Source: Clostridiales bacterium
Lineage (GTDB): Bacteria > Bacillota > Clostridia > Saccharofermentanales > Saccharofermentanaceae
Length of the DNA: 64,000 bases
NCBI GenBank assembly: GCA_017617995.1
Contig: JAFZVE010000072.1
Location: 31,997-95,996 of the forward strand
Direction of reading: 5' to 3'
A program made the position numbers and the translations under genes. A model generated the notes under the pieces. The model saw nothing but the letters and a program-made list of their open reading frames with translations. It was not told the origin of the DNA and searched no databases. This document shows positions 10,614-20,326 of the stretch, in pieces (position 1 is the stretch's first letter; the number at the start of each line of letters is the position of its first letter).

Positions 10614-10628
10614 TTGTATACTAGTTTG
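10614..10628. promoter_or_regulatory. candidate autoregulatory operator upstream of the GntR gene
   Basis: TTGTATACTAGTTTG matches the site at 4711 at 13 of its 14 positions and contains the GTATAC core typical of GntR-family sites. Confidence 0.45.
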
Positions 10629-10683
10629 AAGTACGGTATAGTTAATCTGATAATTGTTAAAGATCCTTGAAGGAGCAGTATAT

Positions 10684-11367
10684 ATGGTCATCACACCGAA
10701 GAATCCCAGTGAATCCAACCGCGAGTATGCTTTTCGCACGATAAGCGAGAATATCATCAGCCTGGATATCGAGCCCGGCAGCATGATCGGCGAGCAGGAG
10801 ATCGCCACGATGCTCGGATTGTCGAGAACGCCTGTACACGAGGCACTTCTTGAACTGTCCAAGTCCAAGATCGTCGACATCCTTCCGCAGAAGGGCTGTC
10901 TGGTCTCCATGATCGATTCCGAGCTCATCCGTGAGGCGAGGTTCCTGCGTATCACCGTCGAGACGGCGTTGGTCGAGGATGCCTGCGAACTGGCTAAGGA
11001 AGAAGACCTCAAGTATCTCGAGGATAATCTCGAGCTTCAGGAGTTCTATCTGTCTAAGGATCCGGACAAGCTCCTCGCGCTGGATAATGAATTCCACAAG
11101 AGTATCTACCGCATCTGTAACAAGATGCAGTGTCACTATATGGTCAGCCTCATGAGCATGCACTTCGACCGTGTCAGAAGTCTGAGTCTGCACTCGGTAA
11201 AAGACCTGAAGATCGTGTCCGACCACAGAGCGATTTTCGAGGCGATCAAGAAGAAAGATCCGGCTGCGGCGAGATCCGCCTTCCAGAAACACATGGCGCG
11301 TTTCGAGCTGGATTGGAACATCATCTGCCGCGAATACAAGAAGTATATCGCCGAGCCGTCCCGCTGA
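10684..11367 (+). CDS. GntR-family (FadR/FCD subfamily) transcriptional regulator
   Basis: ATG 10684 lies 8 nt after AGGAG (the track start 10654 is a TTG). It has the winged-helix segment YAFRTISENIISLDIEPGSMIGEQEIATMLGLSRTPVHEAL plus a helical C-terminal domain. Confidence 0.85.
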   Translation: MVITPKNPSESNREYAFRTISENIISLDIEPGSMIGEQEIATMLGLSRTPVHEALLELSKSKIVDILPQKGCLVSMIDSELIREARFLRITVETALVEDACELAKEEDLKYLEDNLELQEFYLSKDPDKLLALDNEFHKSIYRICNKMQCHYMVSLMSMHFDRVRSLSLHSVKDLKIVSDHRAIFEAIKKKDPAAARSAFQKHMARFELDWNIICREYKKYIAEPSR

Positions 11368-11430
11368 AGATAAGTAGACAGCAGGATCCTCTCCGGATCG
11401 ATCCGGAAGATTCCCGCCCATCGCCAGAAT

Positions 11431-11480
11431 GAAAAAAAGAAGCACATCGTCGTATCTGTACACGGTGTGCTTCTCTGTTT
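11431..11480. terminator. bidirectional terminator between the GntR gene and the SGNH hydrolase gene
   Basis: AGAAGCACATCG / CGGTGTGCTTCT stem, flanked by GAAAAAAA on the left and CTGTTTT on the right. Confidence 0.6.
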
Positions 11481-12187
11481 TAACCTTTGTTCTCGTCAAA
11501 GGAGATGTTCCGTCTCGTGACGTGGTCTTTTATCGCCTGCGCGATGAGCCTGTGCCCCTTGACGTTCGGATGGATCCCGTCCTCGCAGAGGTAGTAGGAA
11601 TAGTTCTTCTTCTCGAGGAAAACCGACGTAATATCGATGACCGGAACTTCGTTTGCGATCGCGAGCTTGAAGATCTCGATGTTGTAGCGCTCGTGCCAGT
11701 TGGTGATGTACTGGCGGTCTTCGCGCATCCACCGCATGATGTTCTCCCCGTTAAGCCCACGGCTGATTTGCTTGAAATACCTCGCCGAGTCGATCGGAGG
11801 CAGCGAAAGCAGTACCGGGATCTTCCCCATCTCTTTGATCTCCTTGATGATGGCTGAATATGTGGCGGTGAAGTTCTCGATCGTGCTCATCGGGAGATGT
11901 TCTTCGTCCGGCGTCTCGGCGACTTCTTTCCAATTGAAGTCGCAGTCGTTCCCGCCAAATTCCAGTACGACATACTTGCCGGAAGAATGGCGGATCGTGT
12001 CGAGATTTCTCTCGAAGATGCTCTCTCCCTTGGAAATGGTGCTGCCAAACTTGGCCTTGTTCTCGATAACGATCCCGAAGGATTCTTCGCAGATCTTCTG
12101 AAATGAGGAGTCCGAGACCTTATAGTGCTCGTCCTCGTAGATAACACCTTTTAATACCGAATCTCCAAATGCGGTAATCGTTTCCAT
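11480..12187 (-). CDS. SGNH/GDSL hydrolase
   Basis: Block I FGDSVLKG, block II EFGGNDC and block V DGIHPN are all present. Confidence 0.85.
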   Translation of the reverse strand: METITAFGDSVLKGVIYEDEHYKVSDSSFQKICEESFGIVIENKAKFGSTISKGESIFERNLDTIRHSSGKYVVLEFGGNDCDFNWKEVAETPDEEHLPMSTIENFTATYSAIIKEIKEMGKIPVLLSLPPIDSARYFKQISRGLNGENIMRWMREDRQYITNWHERYNIEIFKLAIANEVPVIDITSVFLEKKNYSYYLCEDGIHPNVKGHRLIAQAIKDHVTRRNISFDENKG

Positions 12188-12352
12188 ACCTCTTCTCCTA
12201 CTTCTCCAAAAGCACTTGTCCCCGAATCATTATACCACGCCTTTCGAATACCGCCATGTACGTAGCATTGTCGAGTAAAGACAGGAATGATACAATCTGT
12301 GCTGAGGATGATCCACCATAGGGAACAGCGCATTTGCCGAGGAATATCTTAT

Positions 12353-13735
12353 ATGATTGAACGTTCATTCTTTCATAAACCCACTGCTGAAGAGCATGAA
12401 CGCGTGCTCAAGGAGGCGGAGAAATACTATCTCAGCAGAAAACACACCGCCATCGCGCTCTACATTTTCTCCGGCGCACTTCTTCTCGGTTCCATCGCAG
12501 CACTCATATTCTTACGCGGCCATGCCGAAGAATCGATCCTTTGCATCTTCCTTTCCGTGATCCTCTTTCTCATCGCCATCAGCACTTCCCTGACACCTGC
12601 GACGCAGTTTGAAGATTACAGCAACGAGAAGTACACCGTCGCTCATGTCGAGATCATCGACATCCGGAGCAATCCCAACAGCGTGGTCGAGCCTACCACC
12701 CTCACACTACGTCAAGATGACGGCAGGACTTCCGAGATCCCGATGTCCCACGAACTCAGCAGCGAAGTATACTGCGGACTCAGGGGACTTCTCGCGATCC
12801 TTCCCGGAGAAGACGGACTCACGAAAGCCGGTGCATTTCAATTCGTTCCGGACGACGACTGCAGTGATGAAAGCAGCGCACTCTCTTCGGTGGGAAGTGC
12901 ATTTCACATGAGAGGAATGGACATCCCGAAGGACGTGGAGACCGCATTCTCTAACCGGCTTCGCATCAGCGGAAAAGTGATGATGTATCTTCTTCCGACA
13001 CTCATCGTCGCCGCCGTAGTATTCGGGATCGCATGGTTCGCATCCGGTCGCGACAGTGATTTTTCGTTTCTTATGACCTGCGCCATCGCACCGTTTTTCC
13101 TCTTTCTGTTTACGATGGGAGAAGCGATACTTCCGGTCCACATCTATAAGAACCGCTGGAGCGTGGCACTTTTCATAATGTGGATCTTAATGCCCACACT
13201 GATTCTCCTGACCTCGGTGCTCGGGCTTCGCCTCACCGGAAGCCCGCTTCTTTATCTGCTTCTACTCCCGATCTTCATCATCGTGACGTTGTTCTTCTTC
13301 ATGATGTGCCATCGCGAAAGAGCGGCGGCGCGAGCCTGGCAGGAGTACCGCTGGCTAAAAGAATCGATGGGGCCCGATGCGGAACTGAAGTTCCGTCCGG
13401 TCGATCCCCGGCCACGCGCGATCGATGCCGTAAAGGCCGAGGTCGGAAAGCTCGGCGAGAAGAAATACCGTGTCTACAAAAACTACAGCACCGTGCCTTT
13501 CGTGACGATCCATCTGGGAAACGGAAGCACGCTGTATTTCGCAATTTCCGACAAACAAGCCCAGCAGCTAAAGGAGGGCACGCCGGGCTATGTCTTCCGT
13601 GTCCGGGACACGTTTATGGGTGAAACAACGAACTATTTCTTCTTCGAGGCTTTGCCGGAAGCGGCGCCCGAATCGGAGTCGTCGGATGAGGCCGTCGCGA
13701 AAGATGCGCCGGCTTCCGAAGAAGCGGAATCCTGA
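12353..13735 (+). CDS. hypothetical multi-pass membrane protein
   Basis: The long ORF is trimmed to ATG 12353 after GAGGA. It has several hydrophobic segments and an acidic/Ser-rich tail. I recognise no family. Confidence 0.65.
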   Translation: MIERSFFHKPTAEEHERVLKEAEKYYLSRKHTAIALYIFSGALLLGSIAALIFLRGHAEESILCIFLSVILFLIAISTSLTPATQFEDYSNEKYTVAHVEIIDIRSNPNSVVEPTTLTLRQDDGRTSEIPMSHELSSEVYCGLRGLLAILPGEDGLTKAGAFQFVPDDDCSDESSALSSVGSAFHMRGMDIPKDVETAFSNRLRISGKVMMYLLPTLIVAAVVFGIAWFASGRDSDFSFLMTCAIAPFFLFLFTMGEAILPVHIYKNRWSVALFIMWILMPTLILLTSVLGLRLTGSPLLYLLLLPIFIIVTLFFFMMCHRERAAARAWQEYRWLKESMGPDAELKFRPVDPRPRAIDAVKAEVGKLGEKKYRVYKNYSTVPFVTIHLGNGSTLYFAISDKQAQQLKEGTPGYVFRVRDTFMGETTNYFFFEALPEAAPESESSDEAVAKDAPASEEAES

Positions 13736-14370
13736 TCTCCCACAGTCAGAATCGTCTTTTTCATCTTCATGCCGCGGGTGTCGATACCTGCATCTGTGAG
13801 GAGCTGCTTGCCCATGTCGAAGATCATCTGACATGCGGTCTCTTTCGGCATGCGGAAATCGTCCCACATCATCATAACTGCCAGGCCGTGCGTGTAGATA
13901 ACGGTATTCTGCACCGCCTCGCCGATCTTCTTCTTCGGTACCTTATATTCCTTCGCGAGAATATCGACGGCGATCTCGTCCATCTGCTGGGAGAAAATAC
14001 TATTCTCCGCGATAGCACTGGCGCTTGCGCCGATCGTCTGTTTCGGATCGTCCACGCTCAGGAAACGGAATACATTCGGGTGGTCGCACGCCATCGAGAT
14101 GTAGTGTACGCCCGTCGCAAAAAATGCATCGAGTGCGTTCATATCTGCGAGGTATTTATCGAAATTCCCCCACATGCGTGCGCCGGCATAGAACAGCAGC
14201 TCCTTCTTCAATTCCGTCATGCTGCCGAAGTGCCAGGAGATCGGCTGAGTCGAGCAGCCCAGTTTCGCAGCGATGGACTTAATCGCGACCGCGCCGATGC
14301 CCGCCTCGTCCAGAAGCTGGTACGCGGCATCGAGAATCATGTCCTTGCTGATGACTGTTTTTCTGCCCAT
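13633..14370 (-). CDS. TetR/AcrR-family transcriptional regulator
   Basis: N-terminal HTH ILDAAYQLLDEAGIGAVAIKSIAAKLGCSTQPISWHFGS, with RBS GGGAG. The last ~35 aa are low-complexity and overlap the convergent gene. Confidence 0.85.
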   Translation of the reverse strand: MGRKTVISKDMILDAAYQLLDEAGIGAVAIKSIAAKLGCSTQPISWHFGSMTELKKELLFYAGARMWGNFDKYLADMNALDAFFATGVHYISMACDHPNVFRFLSVDDPKQTIGASASAIAENSIFSQQMDEIAVDILAKEYKVPKKKIGEAVQNTVIYTHGLAVMMMWDDFRMPKETACQMIFDMGKQLLTDAGIDTRGMKMKKTILTVGDQDSASSEAGASFATASSDDSDSGAASGKASKKK

Positions 14371-14437
14371 TTTTCTCCCTGTTCGTATGTTGCGTGGCCA
14401 CGCGCCGGCTCGGCGAGCACTCGCGCGAGGTCACAGT

Positions 14438-15163
14438 TTATTTCGATTCGTACGGACGGTCGGTCAGAGGTCTTGTGCAGCCCCAGTCCGCCGCCATTTT
14501 GTTGAAGCCCTTTTTCACCACGGTCTTAAAGAGCACGCCCACCAGAAGGCGGATGTACGCCGGGAAGATCTCCGGTCCCGTGAATGCCTTACATTCCTCT
14601 GATTCAAAAGCACTGTCGCGTCCGTAGATCCGTCCCATCTCACGATAAGGCTTCGCGACGCGATCACGCTGCGTCTCATCAAATCTTATACTAAAGTTGT
14701 CCCCTTTTACAAGAGTTCCGCCGTAATTGCAGCCGAGTTTTCCGGCTAGGATCTTAAGGTACGCTTCGCCGCAGCGGAGCTGCGCGCCTTCGCCGAATCC
14801 GCCCTGCAGGATGAAACTCATCGTGGGCTTCTTTGCGGCCGCGCATTCATCTACAAGTTCGGATGGTTTTTTCGAAACATCTCCGGGAACAGTGCTTTTC
14901 GAGAGGGAGCGTGGTGTCAGGGTCTCGAGAAACTCCACGAGAAGTCCGGGGATACACTCGAAGTAAAGCGGGATCGCGATGAGGATGTGCTCCGCGGTTT
15001 CGAACTTCTCGCGGATCGTGTCCCACTGCCTTCGGTTCGATACTTCGAACTGCTCGAAGGTCGCACCGCTCTCGCGCATGCCTTCCGTGAATTCAGAAAG
15101 AATCTTGTCGGTGTTACTGTATTTCTTGATTCTCGGGCTTCCGTTAATGATCAGTGCATGCAT
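14438..15163 (-). CDS. flavodoxin-like fold NAD(P)H-dependent oxidoreductase
   Basis: Trimmed to ATG 15163 after AGGAGG. MHALIINGSPRIKKYSNTDK is a typical N-terminus of FMN-reductase-like proteins. Confidence 0.75.
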   Translation of the reverse strand: MHALIINGSPRIKKYSNTDKILSEFTEGMRESGATFEQFEVSNRRQWDTIREKFETAEHILIAIPLYFECIPGLLVEFLETLTPRSLSKSTVPGDVSKKPSELVDECAAAKKPTMSFILQGGFGEGAQLRCGEAYLKILAGKLGCNYGGTLVKGDNFSIRFDETQRDRVAKPYREMGRIYGRDSAFESEECKAFTGPEIFPAYIRLLVGVLFKTVVKKGFNKMAADWGCTRPLTDRPYESK

Positions 15164-15714
15164 GCGATCGCCTCCTTTATTTCTTCTACCGGGAACACGC
15201 CGAGCGAGCGGCTGTCTAGGTTCAGTGTGACTCTCTGGTTCCATCTGTCGAGATACTCACGCTCTCCGTCGCCGCGATAGATCAGGCCGACGTCGGTTCT
15301 ATGCTTATAGCGCGGGACATGGCGCATCTGCTTCTTTTTAAATCTCAGGTACATCGTCGCCAGCGGGATCATGCGGTCGATGATGTTCTTACCTTTATGG
15401 TCGACCATTCCGAGCGACGTATCGGAGATGAGCCACATCTGGTCGGCGTGGACGAGCTTACTGAAGATCTGCTCGTAGTCATCTTTCAGCGCGCAGATGC
15501 CGGGCGTCTTCAGCCAGCATTCGTTACAGCCGACGCAGTGGCTGATGCGCATCGTGCCGGCTTCAATGATTTCAAATTCAGTCGCGGCAGAGGACGTACT
15601 CTTCCCTATGGATTTCGCGCCCGCCGCGGAGGAAAGTGCTCCGCGAGATGTAAGCGCTTCGCGGATCTTAGCCGTGATCGAAGTGTCTGTTGTCGTATTC
15701 ACAATAAGGATCAT
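15151..15714 (-). CDS. flavodoxin-family / iron-sulfur flavoprotein-like protein
   Basis: MILIVNTTT... with the Cys cluster HCVGCNECWLKTPGIC. It overlaps the next gene by 13 nt. Confidence 0.75.
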   Translation of the reverse strand: MILIVNTTTDTSITAKIREALTSRGALSSAAGAKSIGKSTSSAATEFEIIEAGTMRISHCVGCNECWLKTPGICALKDDYEQIFSKLVHADQMWLISDTSLGMVDHKGKNIIDRMIPLATMYLRFKKKQMRHVPRYKHRTDVGLIYRGDGEREYLDRWNQRVTLNLDSRSLGVFPVEEIKEAIACMH

Positions 15715-15861
15715 TTTTTTACTTCCTTTCTATCTGATGTGTTTTTTCGTGTTCGTCGTTTTATATAAACCTGTTTATGTAAACACGTTTATATTATACC
15801 CGAAAGAAAACTTTGTCAACAGATTTCATCCGATGATTTAGGAAGAGAAGAAAAGAAAGGA

Positions 15862-16497
15862 TCAGTACCCGAGCTCGTCGTTCACGAGGATCACGGAGAT
15901 GCGGCCGACGTGCCTGGAATAACGCGTGATCAGGAACTGGCAACAGATGGTGTCCGGCGACTTGCAGTTAAAGCAGGAGCCGGTCTTCGCGCATGGCGTT
16001 TCGAGGCCGAAGCGCTGGGCATTTACAGGAGCAGCGACATTCCGCGCGCGCTTCATGGCGTGGTCGATGTCCTTGCAGACCTTATTCATGCCGACCACGA
16101 AGAGCACATGTTTCGGGCCCTGTGCGATCGCGGAAACGCGGTTGGAGTTGCCGTCGATATTGACCAGGACGCCGTCCTCGGTCATCGCATTTACGCTCGA
16201 AAGGAAGAAATCCGCATCGTAAGCCATAAGCATCGCCGCACGCTTATCCTCGTACGCATCGCGGTCGATGAAATTGTAGTTGCCGTCCTTCAGCGCCTGT
16301 GACAGGCCGATCGCATGCACACTCATGGAACCGCCCATCGAGATCGAGCTGCCCTCCGGAATCAGCTCCAGTGCTTTTGCCAAAGCTTCTTCCTTATTGG
16401 CCGCATAGAAGCCTTCCATATTGCGGGACTTAAGGCCCGCGATCACCTTCTGCGCCAGCAGTGCATTGCGCTTAGTAACCATTTCTTCCATAGTCAA
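15862..16497 (-). CDS. LUD-domain (lactate utilisation protein B/C-like) protein
   Basis: 211 aa. The pattern NALLAQKVIAGLKSRNMEGFYAANKEEALAKALELIPEGSSISMGGSMS, with a C-terminal Cys-rich end, is typical of the YkgG/DUF162 family. Confidence 0.75.
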   Translation of the reverse strand: MTMEEMVTKRNALLAQKVIAGLKSRNMEGFYAANKEEALAKALELIPEGSSISMGGSMSVHAIGLSQALKDGNYNFIDRDAYEDKRAAMLMAYDADFFLSSVNAMTEDGVLVNIDGNSNRVSAIAQGPKHVLFVVGMNKVCKDIDHAMKRARNVAAPVNAQRFGLETPCAKTGSCFNCKSPDTICCQFLITRYSRHVGRISVILVNDELGY

Positions 16498-16554
16498 CCT
16501 CCTGCGTTCCCCGCCGCCCTTTCCGCTCGAAAAGCACTGTCACGGGTTCTTTGT

Positions 16555-17286
16555 TTACGTCTGCGTCAGATAGATCTTCACCTTCCGGCACGCATGCTCC
16601 ATCGCGTATCTATACGACTTCGAGCCTCGTATATGGTCGAAGAAATCGCCGCGCACTTTGTCGCTGTTCATATGCTCGAAGATCTTGAAGTTTTCCTTAT
16701 TCGGCTCGAAGTGCATCTCCACTATGAACTGGAAGAATTCCCCTTCTCCGTCGGGATACTGGCGCGTCAGCGAAATCGTGAAATCATCGTTGATGCTGCG
16801 GAACGTACCGCACTCGTACATCAGAAGATCCCGCTCGAGAAGCTCCTCTTCGGAAAGCCCCGCCGTTACGCGGCCGGTCAGGATGCCGTCAAATTTCATA
16901 TCCTCGCAGAGGTCCTCGAAAGCCTTCACGACTTCCTCGACCGTACTTTCGTCATTTAATATATCCTGGAACTTCGAGACCCACATCCGGCCGCGGATGC
17001 TCTGCGGATTGTCCGCGTCGTAAAACGATTCCGGATCGGCTTCCTTGTCATTTATCGCATGCGCGCGATCACCGTGGCTTCTATTCATGTAGTAGACCAG
17101 TTTTCCCGCGTCGATCAGTGACGCGATAACCGCAAAGAGAAGAAATGCGAGGCTCAGCGGCAGGAAGAACGAATCAGCTGCAGCAAGCAACAGGAAAAGG
17201 AGCGCGAGAAGAAGCGCCCATCCGAACTTGAAAATGACGCAGAAAACGAAATGAAAAACGATGAATTTGGCGTATAGTTTTTTCAT
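16555..17286 (-). CDS. hypothetical membrane-anchored protein
   Basis: GGAGG RBS, two N-terminal TM segments and a soluble acidic domain. No family recognised. Confidence 0.6.
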   Translation of the reverse strand: MKKLYAKFIVFHFVFCVIFKFGWALLLALLFLLLAAADSFFLPLSLAFLLFAVIASLIDAGKLVYYMNRSHGDRAHAINDKEADPESFYDADNPQSIRGRMWVSKFQDILNDESTVEEVVKAFEDLCEDMKFDGILTGRVTAGLSEEELLERDLLMYECGTFRSINDDFTISLTRQYPDGEGEFFQFIVEMHFEPNKENFKIFEHMNSDKVRGDFFDHIRGSKSYRYAMEHACRKVKIYLTQT

Positions 17287-17388
17287 CTCATATCCTCCTC
17301 ATAATGTCATTTGCCGTCCGGATCCACACCCGGTTCTGTCATATCATCTTCGTTGTTTTTCGTAGTAATTGTGGAAGCGCTTCCTCAA

Positions 17389-18261
17389 TCAGATTCCCAG
17401 TTCGAACTTGAGCTGCGGCTGCATCGGCTCGTAGTTCAACATCTCGAAATCCTCGACCCGTATCTCTTCCAGACTGCAAAAGCGCTCTTTGTGAAGGACC
17501 AGCATCGGCGTCGCATCTACGCTCGCATCTGCTGCCTTCGCCGCCTCGGCTTTCTCCTCCGCGCGGCGCAGCATCTCGTGTGCGTTATCGATGTGGCGGT
17601 CGTAGATCTGCTCATTGGCCACGAAATGCGTGAACACGCCGGGTTCGTAACCCGTGGCACGTGCGATCATGATCAGAAGCGCCGCGTACTGGATCTCGTT
17701 GATGCCGCCCGCGCCGGATGCCGTCAGCATATCGCCGGATCTCTGGATCATGCACATATCGAGATATTCCCCGCGCACGTTCCAGATCGTAAGGAATGCG
17801 CAAGGCGCGAGGCCGGGTGTCTCACGAAGGTCTGTCTCCTGCCACAGAGACATGATCTTTCTTCTTCCGTACGGATCTTTCTTGATGTTCTCGATAAGTC
17901 CGTTTACGAGATCGTAGCGCTTGACCGTCGCGCCGTAGCGCTGGCCGATCGTGCCGTCACCGATATCCCATGGAGTCCACCACGTGACGCCCATCTCCTC
18001 CATCTCGGAGAGAACATTCGTCGGGTTCTTATAGATCGTGAAGATCTCACGGATGCCCGTCTTCCACGCCTGCTTACGAAGCGTGCAGATCGGGAACTCG
18101 CCCTTACTTAAGTCGTACTTACGCGTCACGTGATTAACGCTGATCGTGTGCGCCGGTGTCCCGTCCTCATACTTCGGGCGGGGATCGATATCCTTATAGC
18201 CATTTTCGAGAATATTCTTAATATCCGAAACCAGATACTGGTCTGCTTTGGTCATGCTCAT
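17389..18261 (-). CDS. thyA: thymidylate synthase (B. subtilis ThyA-type)
   Basis: DGTPAHTISV, QAWKTGIREI, DGTIGQRYG, GRRKIMSLWQ, LAPCAF (catalytic Cys), QRSGD and a C-terminal ...KFELGI parallel the 279-aa Bacillus ThyA subfamily. Confidence 0.9.
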   Translation of the reverse strand: MSMTKADQYLVSDIKNILENGYKDIDPRPKYEDGTPAHTISVNHVTRKYDLSKGEFPICTLRKQAWKTGIREIFTIYKNPTNVLSEMEEMGVTWWTPWDIGDGTIGQRYGATVKRYDLVNGLIENIKKDPYGRRKIMSLWQETDLRETPGLAPCAFLTIWNVRGEYLDMCMIQRSGDMLTASGAGGINEIQYAALLIMIARATGYEPGVFTHFVANEQIYDRHIDNAHEMLRRAEEKAEAAKAADASVDATPMLVLHKERFCSLEEIRVEDFEMLNYEPMQPQLKFELGI

Positions 18262-18378
18262 CGTCTGAAGACTCCTTACTGTGCGCGGCTCATCACGTGC
18301 ACCTGTATCTCAGCGCACCGGATCCTTCCCGGGACCCTCGCGCTGACTTTCTATCATTATACCAAACTTCGCCCCGTC

Positions 18379-20208
18379 TTAATCGTAATAGAATACTTTT
18401 CCCTTCGGACGGAAAGGCAGGCGTTTTCCCTTCGGGATCAGGAAAGCGTGCGACCTCTTGACCACGAGGTCATTCTCGATCTCTCCGTCCGTGATGATGA
18501 GGATCGGGCCGTCCTTCGGGAAGGTTTTCGAGGTTTCCAGCAGGTCCACACCGGGCTGTAACACTGTTCCACCACGGCCCTTCACCTCTACTCTCCCGGC
18601 CACATCCTCCGGTGAGAGGTATCCGGCGTCATATGCCTCCGCATCGCAGAATACCACACGCATCTTCGGGACATCTTTCGCGTCGGCATAGCTCGCGATA
18701 GCCCCGAGCGCGATACCGATATCGTGCGCACTCATCGAGCCGGACGTGTCGATGACCACGCCGAAAGTTCTTCCGTCCGTGGCGCTCTCGGAGAGGTAGT
18801 ACCGAGGCCTCGGGATATCCGGGGTGCTGGCCTGACGGCGGCTCGGCCGTGCATACGTCCTGACCTTCTCGACCGGCGCGAAATAATCGTCGAACCACTT
18901 GGCAAGCTCGACATCCCAGGGGATCGGCGGCATCGCAAGTGCGCGGATCTCCTCGATCAGCCCCGCCGGGATGCGTCCGCGCGAGGAGGTCAGATGGTAC
19001 TCGAGGCCCTGCATCAGGGCACTCTTACAGTATTCGTCGAGCGTGACGGTACCGACCATCACATCGCCTTTTCCGATGATATCGCCCTTTCCGTAGCCAC
19101 GGAGGGTCTGAAGCTTTCTCGACACGCGGAGATTCCGCACGAGCTCGTCGTAGATCTCTTCGGCAGACATCCCGGCAAGCGACTCATCGTAGAGCGTCCC
19201 GTTCTGCGGCTGGGTGCCGATGTGCATCTCCGTGAGCCAGCTGTTGATGACGAAGTCGCAGGCCACATTCCAGAGTTCGGGATCTCTACCCGTCCGTCTT
19301 CTCGCATGCCCGAGTCCGGCATGCAGATACTCGTGTGCGAGCACGAACTTCAGTTCATCGGGCTTTAATCCCGCGGCCGGATTCACGTAGATCTCGCCGG
19401 CATCGATGTCGATGGCCGCGATCGAGATCTCGTTTCTCATGCAGAAAAGCGCATCCTCTTTCACCTTAAAATGCGCGGCGAGTCCGCCGAGGAGCGGGTA
19501 GCTGTTGATGAACCACAGCGCCGCGCGCTTCGCCTCGGTGTCGACGTTCTCCGCGGGTCCCTCGTCCGAAGAAGGGGTCCCCGCAGTGCGAAGTACTTTT
19601 CGCACGGAACCTTGCAGTGCCCGAGAAAAGGATTTCTCGAAGTGATCGCGGCTCTGCCAGCGGTACGTGAATTCATCCCAGATCGTGTCGAGCTCGTCGA
19701 TATCGCATTTGTCCGCGCCAAAAACACTGAAGCACGTGTACTGATCGATCTCCTCGCGGTGTTCGCAGAGATATTCGTAGATGGTTTTTTCGTTACGAAG
19801 ACTACCCTTGAAATCGTCAAGGCGCACGACAATATCCGGCTCACCCGGGAACTTCACGTCGTGCAGAAACTTCGTCACGAAGATATCGCACGCGACGTTC
19901 CAGATGCGGATGTCGACGCCCTTGCTGACGTGGTCGGGATTGGCCTGGCCGAGGCAGAGATGGAGCATCAGGTGCGCGAAGATATACGCCCACTCATGCG
20001 GCTCGCGGTGCGCGGTCTTGTTGTACTTGATGTTTCCATGGGGGGTGACACAGGCGGCGCCGGGGAATCCCTTCGCGCACTCGATCGGGCGGAAGTAGAA
20101 ATCCCTTCCGTTCACAAGCGGACCGAAGAGCGCGTGATTCTCGATGATCTCCCGCCCCGCCATGACATTCTGCTCCACTATGGAAGGTTGTTTTGATTTC
20201 TTTCCCAT
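18379..20208 (-). CDS. VWA-domain protein with duplicated DUF2201_N-like putative metallopeptidase domain
   Basis: The C-terminal VWA has a MIDAS-like VVIDTSGSMS. There is an intact HEYLH (VLAHEYLHAGLGH ... WNVACDFVIN) and an upstream degenerate copy (FAHLMLHLCLGQ ... WNVACDIFVT). Confidence 0.8.
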   Translation of the reverse strand: MGKKSKQPSIVEQNVMAGREIIENHALFGPLVNGRDFYFRPIECAKGFPGAACVTPHGNIKYNKTAHREPHEWAYIFAHLMLHLCLGQANPDHVSKGVDIRIWNVACDIFVTKFLHDVKFPGEPDIVVRLDDFKGSLRNEKTIYEYLCEHREEIDQYTCFSVFGADKCDIDELDTIWDEFTYRWQSRDHFEKSFSRALQGSVRKVLRTAGTPSSDEGPAENVDTEAKRAALWFINSYPLLGGLAAHFKVKEDALFCMRNEISIAAIDIDAGEIYVNPAAGLKPDELKFVLAHEYLHAGLGHARRRTGRDPELWNVACDFVINSWLTEMHIGTQPQNGTLYDESLAGMSAEEIYDELVRNLRVSRKLQTLRGYGKGDIIGKGDVMVGTVTLDEYCKSALMQGLEYHLTSSRGRIPAGLIEEIRALAMPPIPWDVELAKWFDDYFAPVEKVRTYARPSRRQASTPDIPRPRYYLSESATDGRTFGVVIDTSGSMSAHDIGIALGAIASYADAKDVPKMRVVFCDAEAYDAGYLSPEDVAGRVEVKGRGGTVLQPGVDLLETSKTFPKDGPILIITDGEIENDLVVKRSHAFLIPKGKRLPFRPKGKVFYYD

Positions 20209-20326
20209 CTTCTCTTACGTTCTTGCCTCGCCGCGCGCCCTCGGTGCAAATCTTCCTTAATCGCCACGCGCCGTAATCGCAAGATGCGCAAATGCGCGAC
20301 GCATGTCGTCCGCGCGGCGGCGCGTG

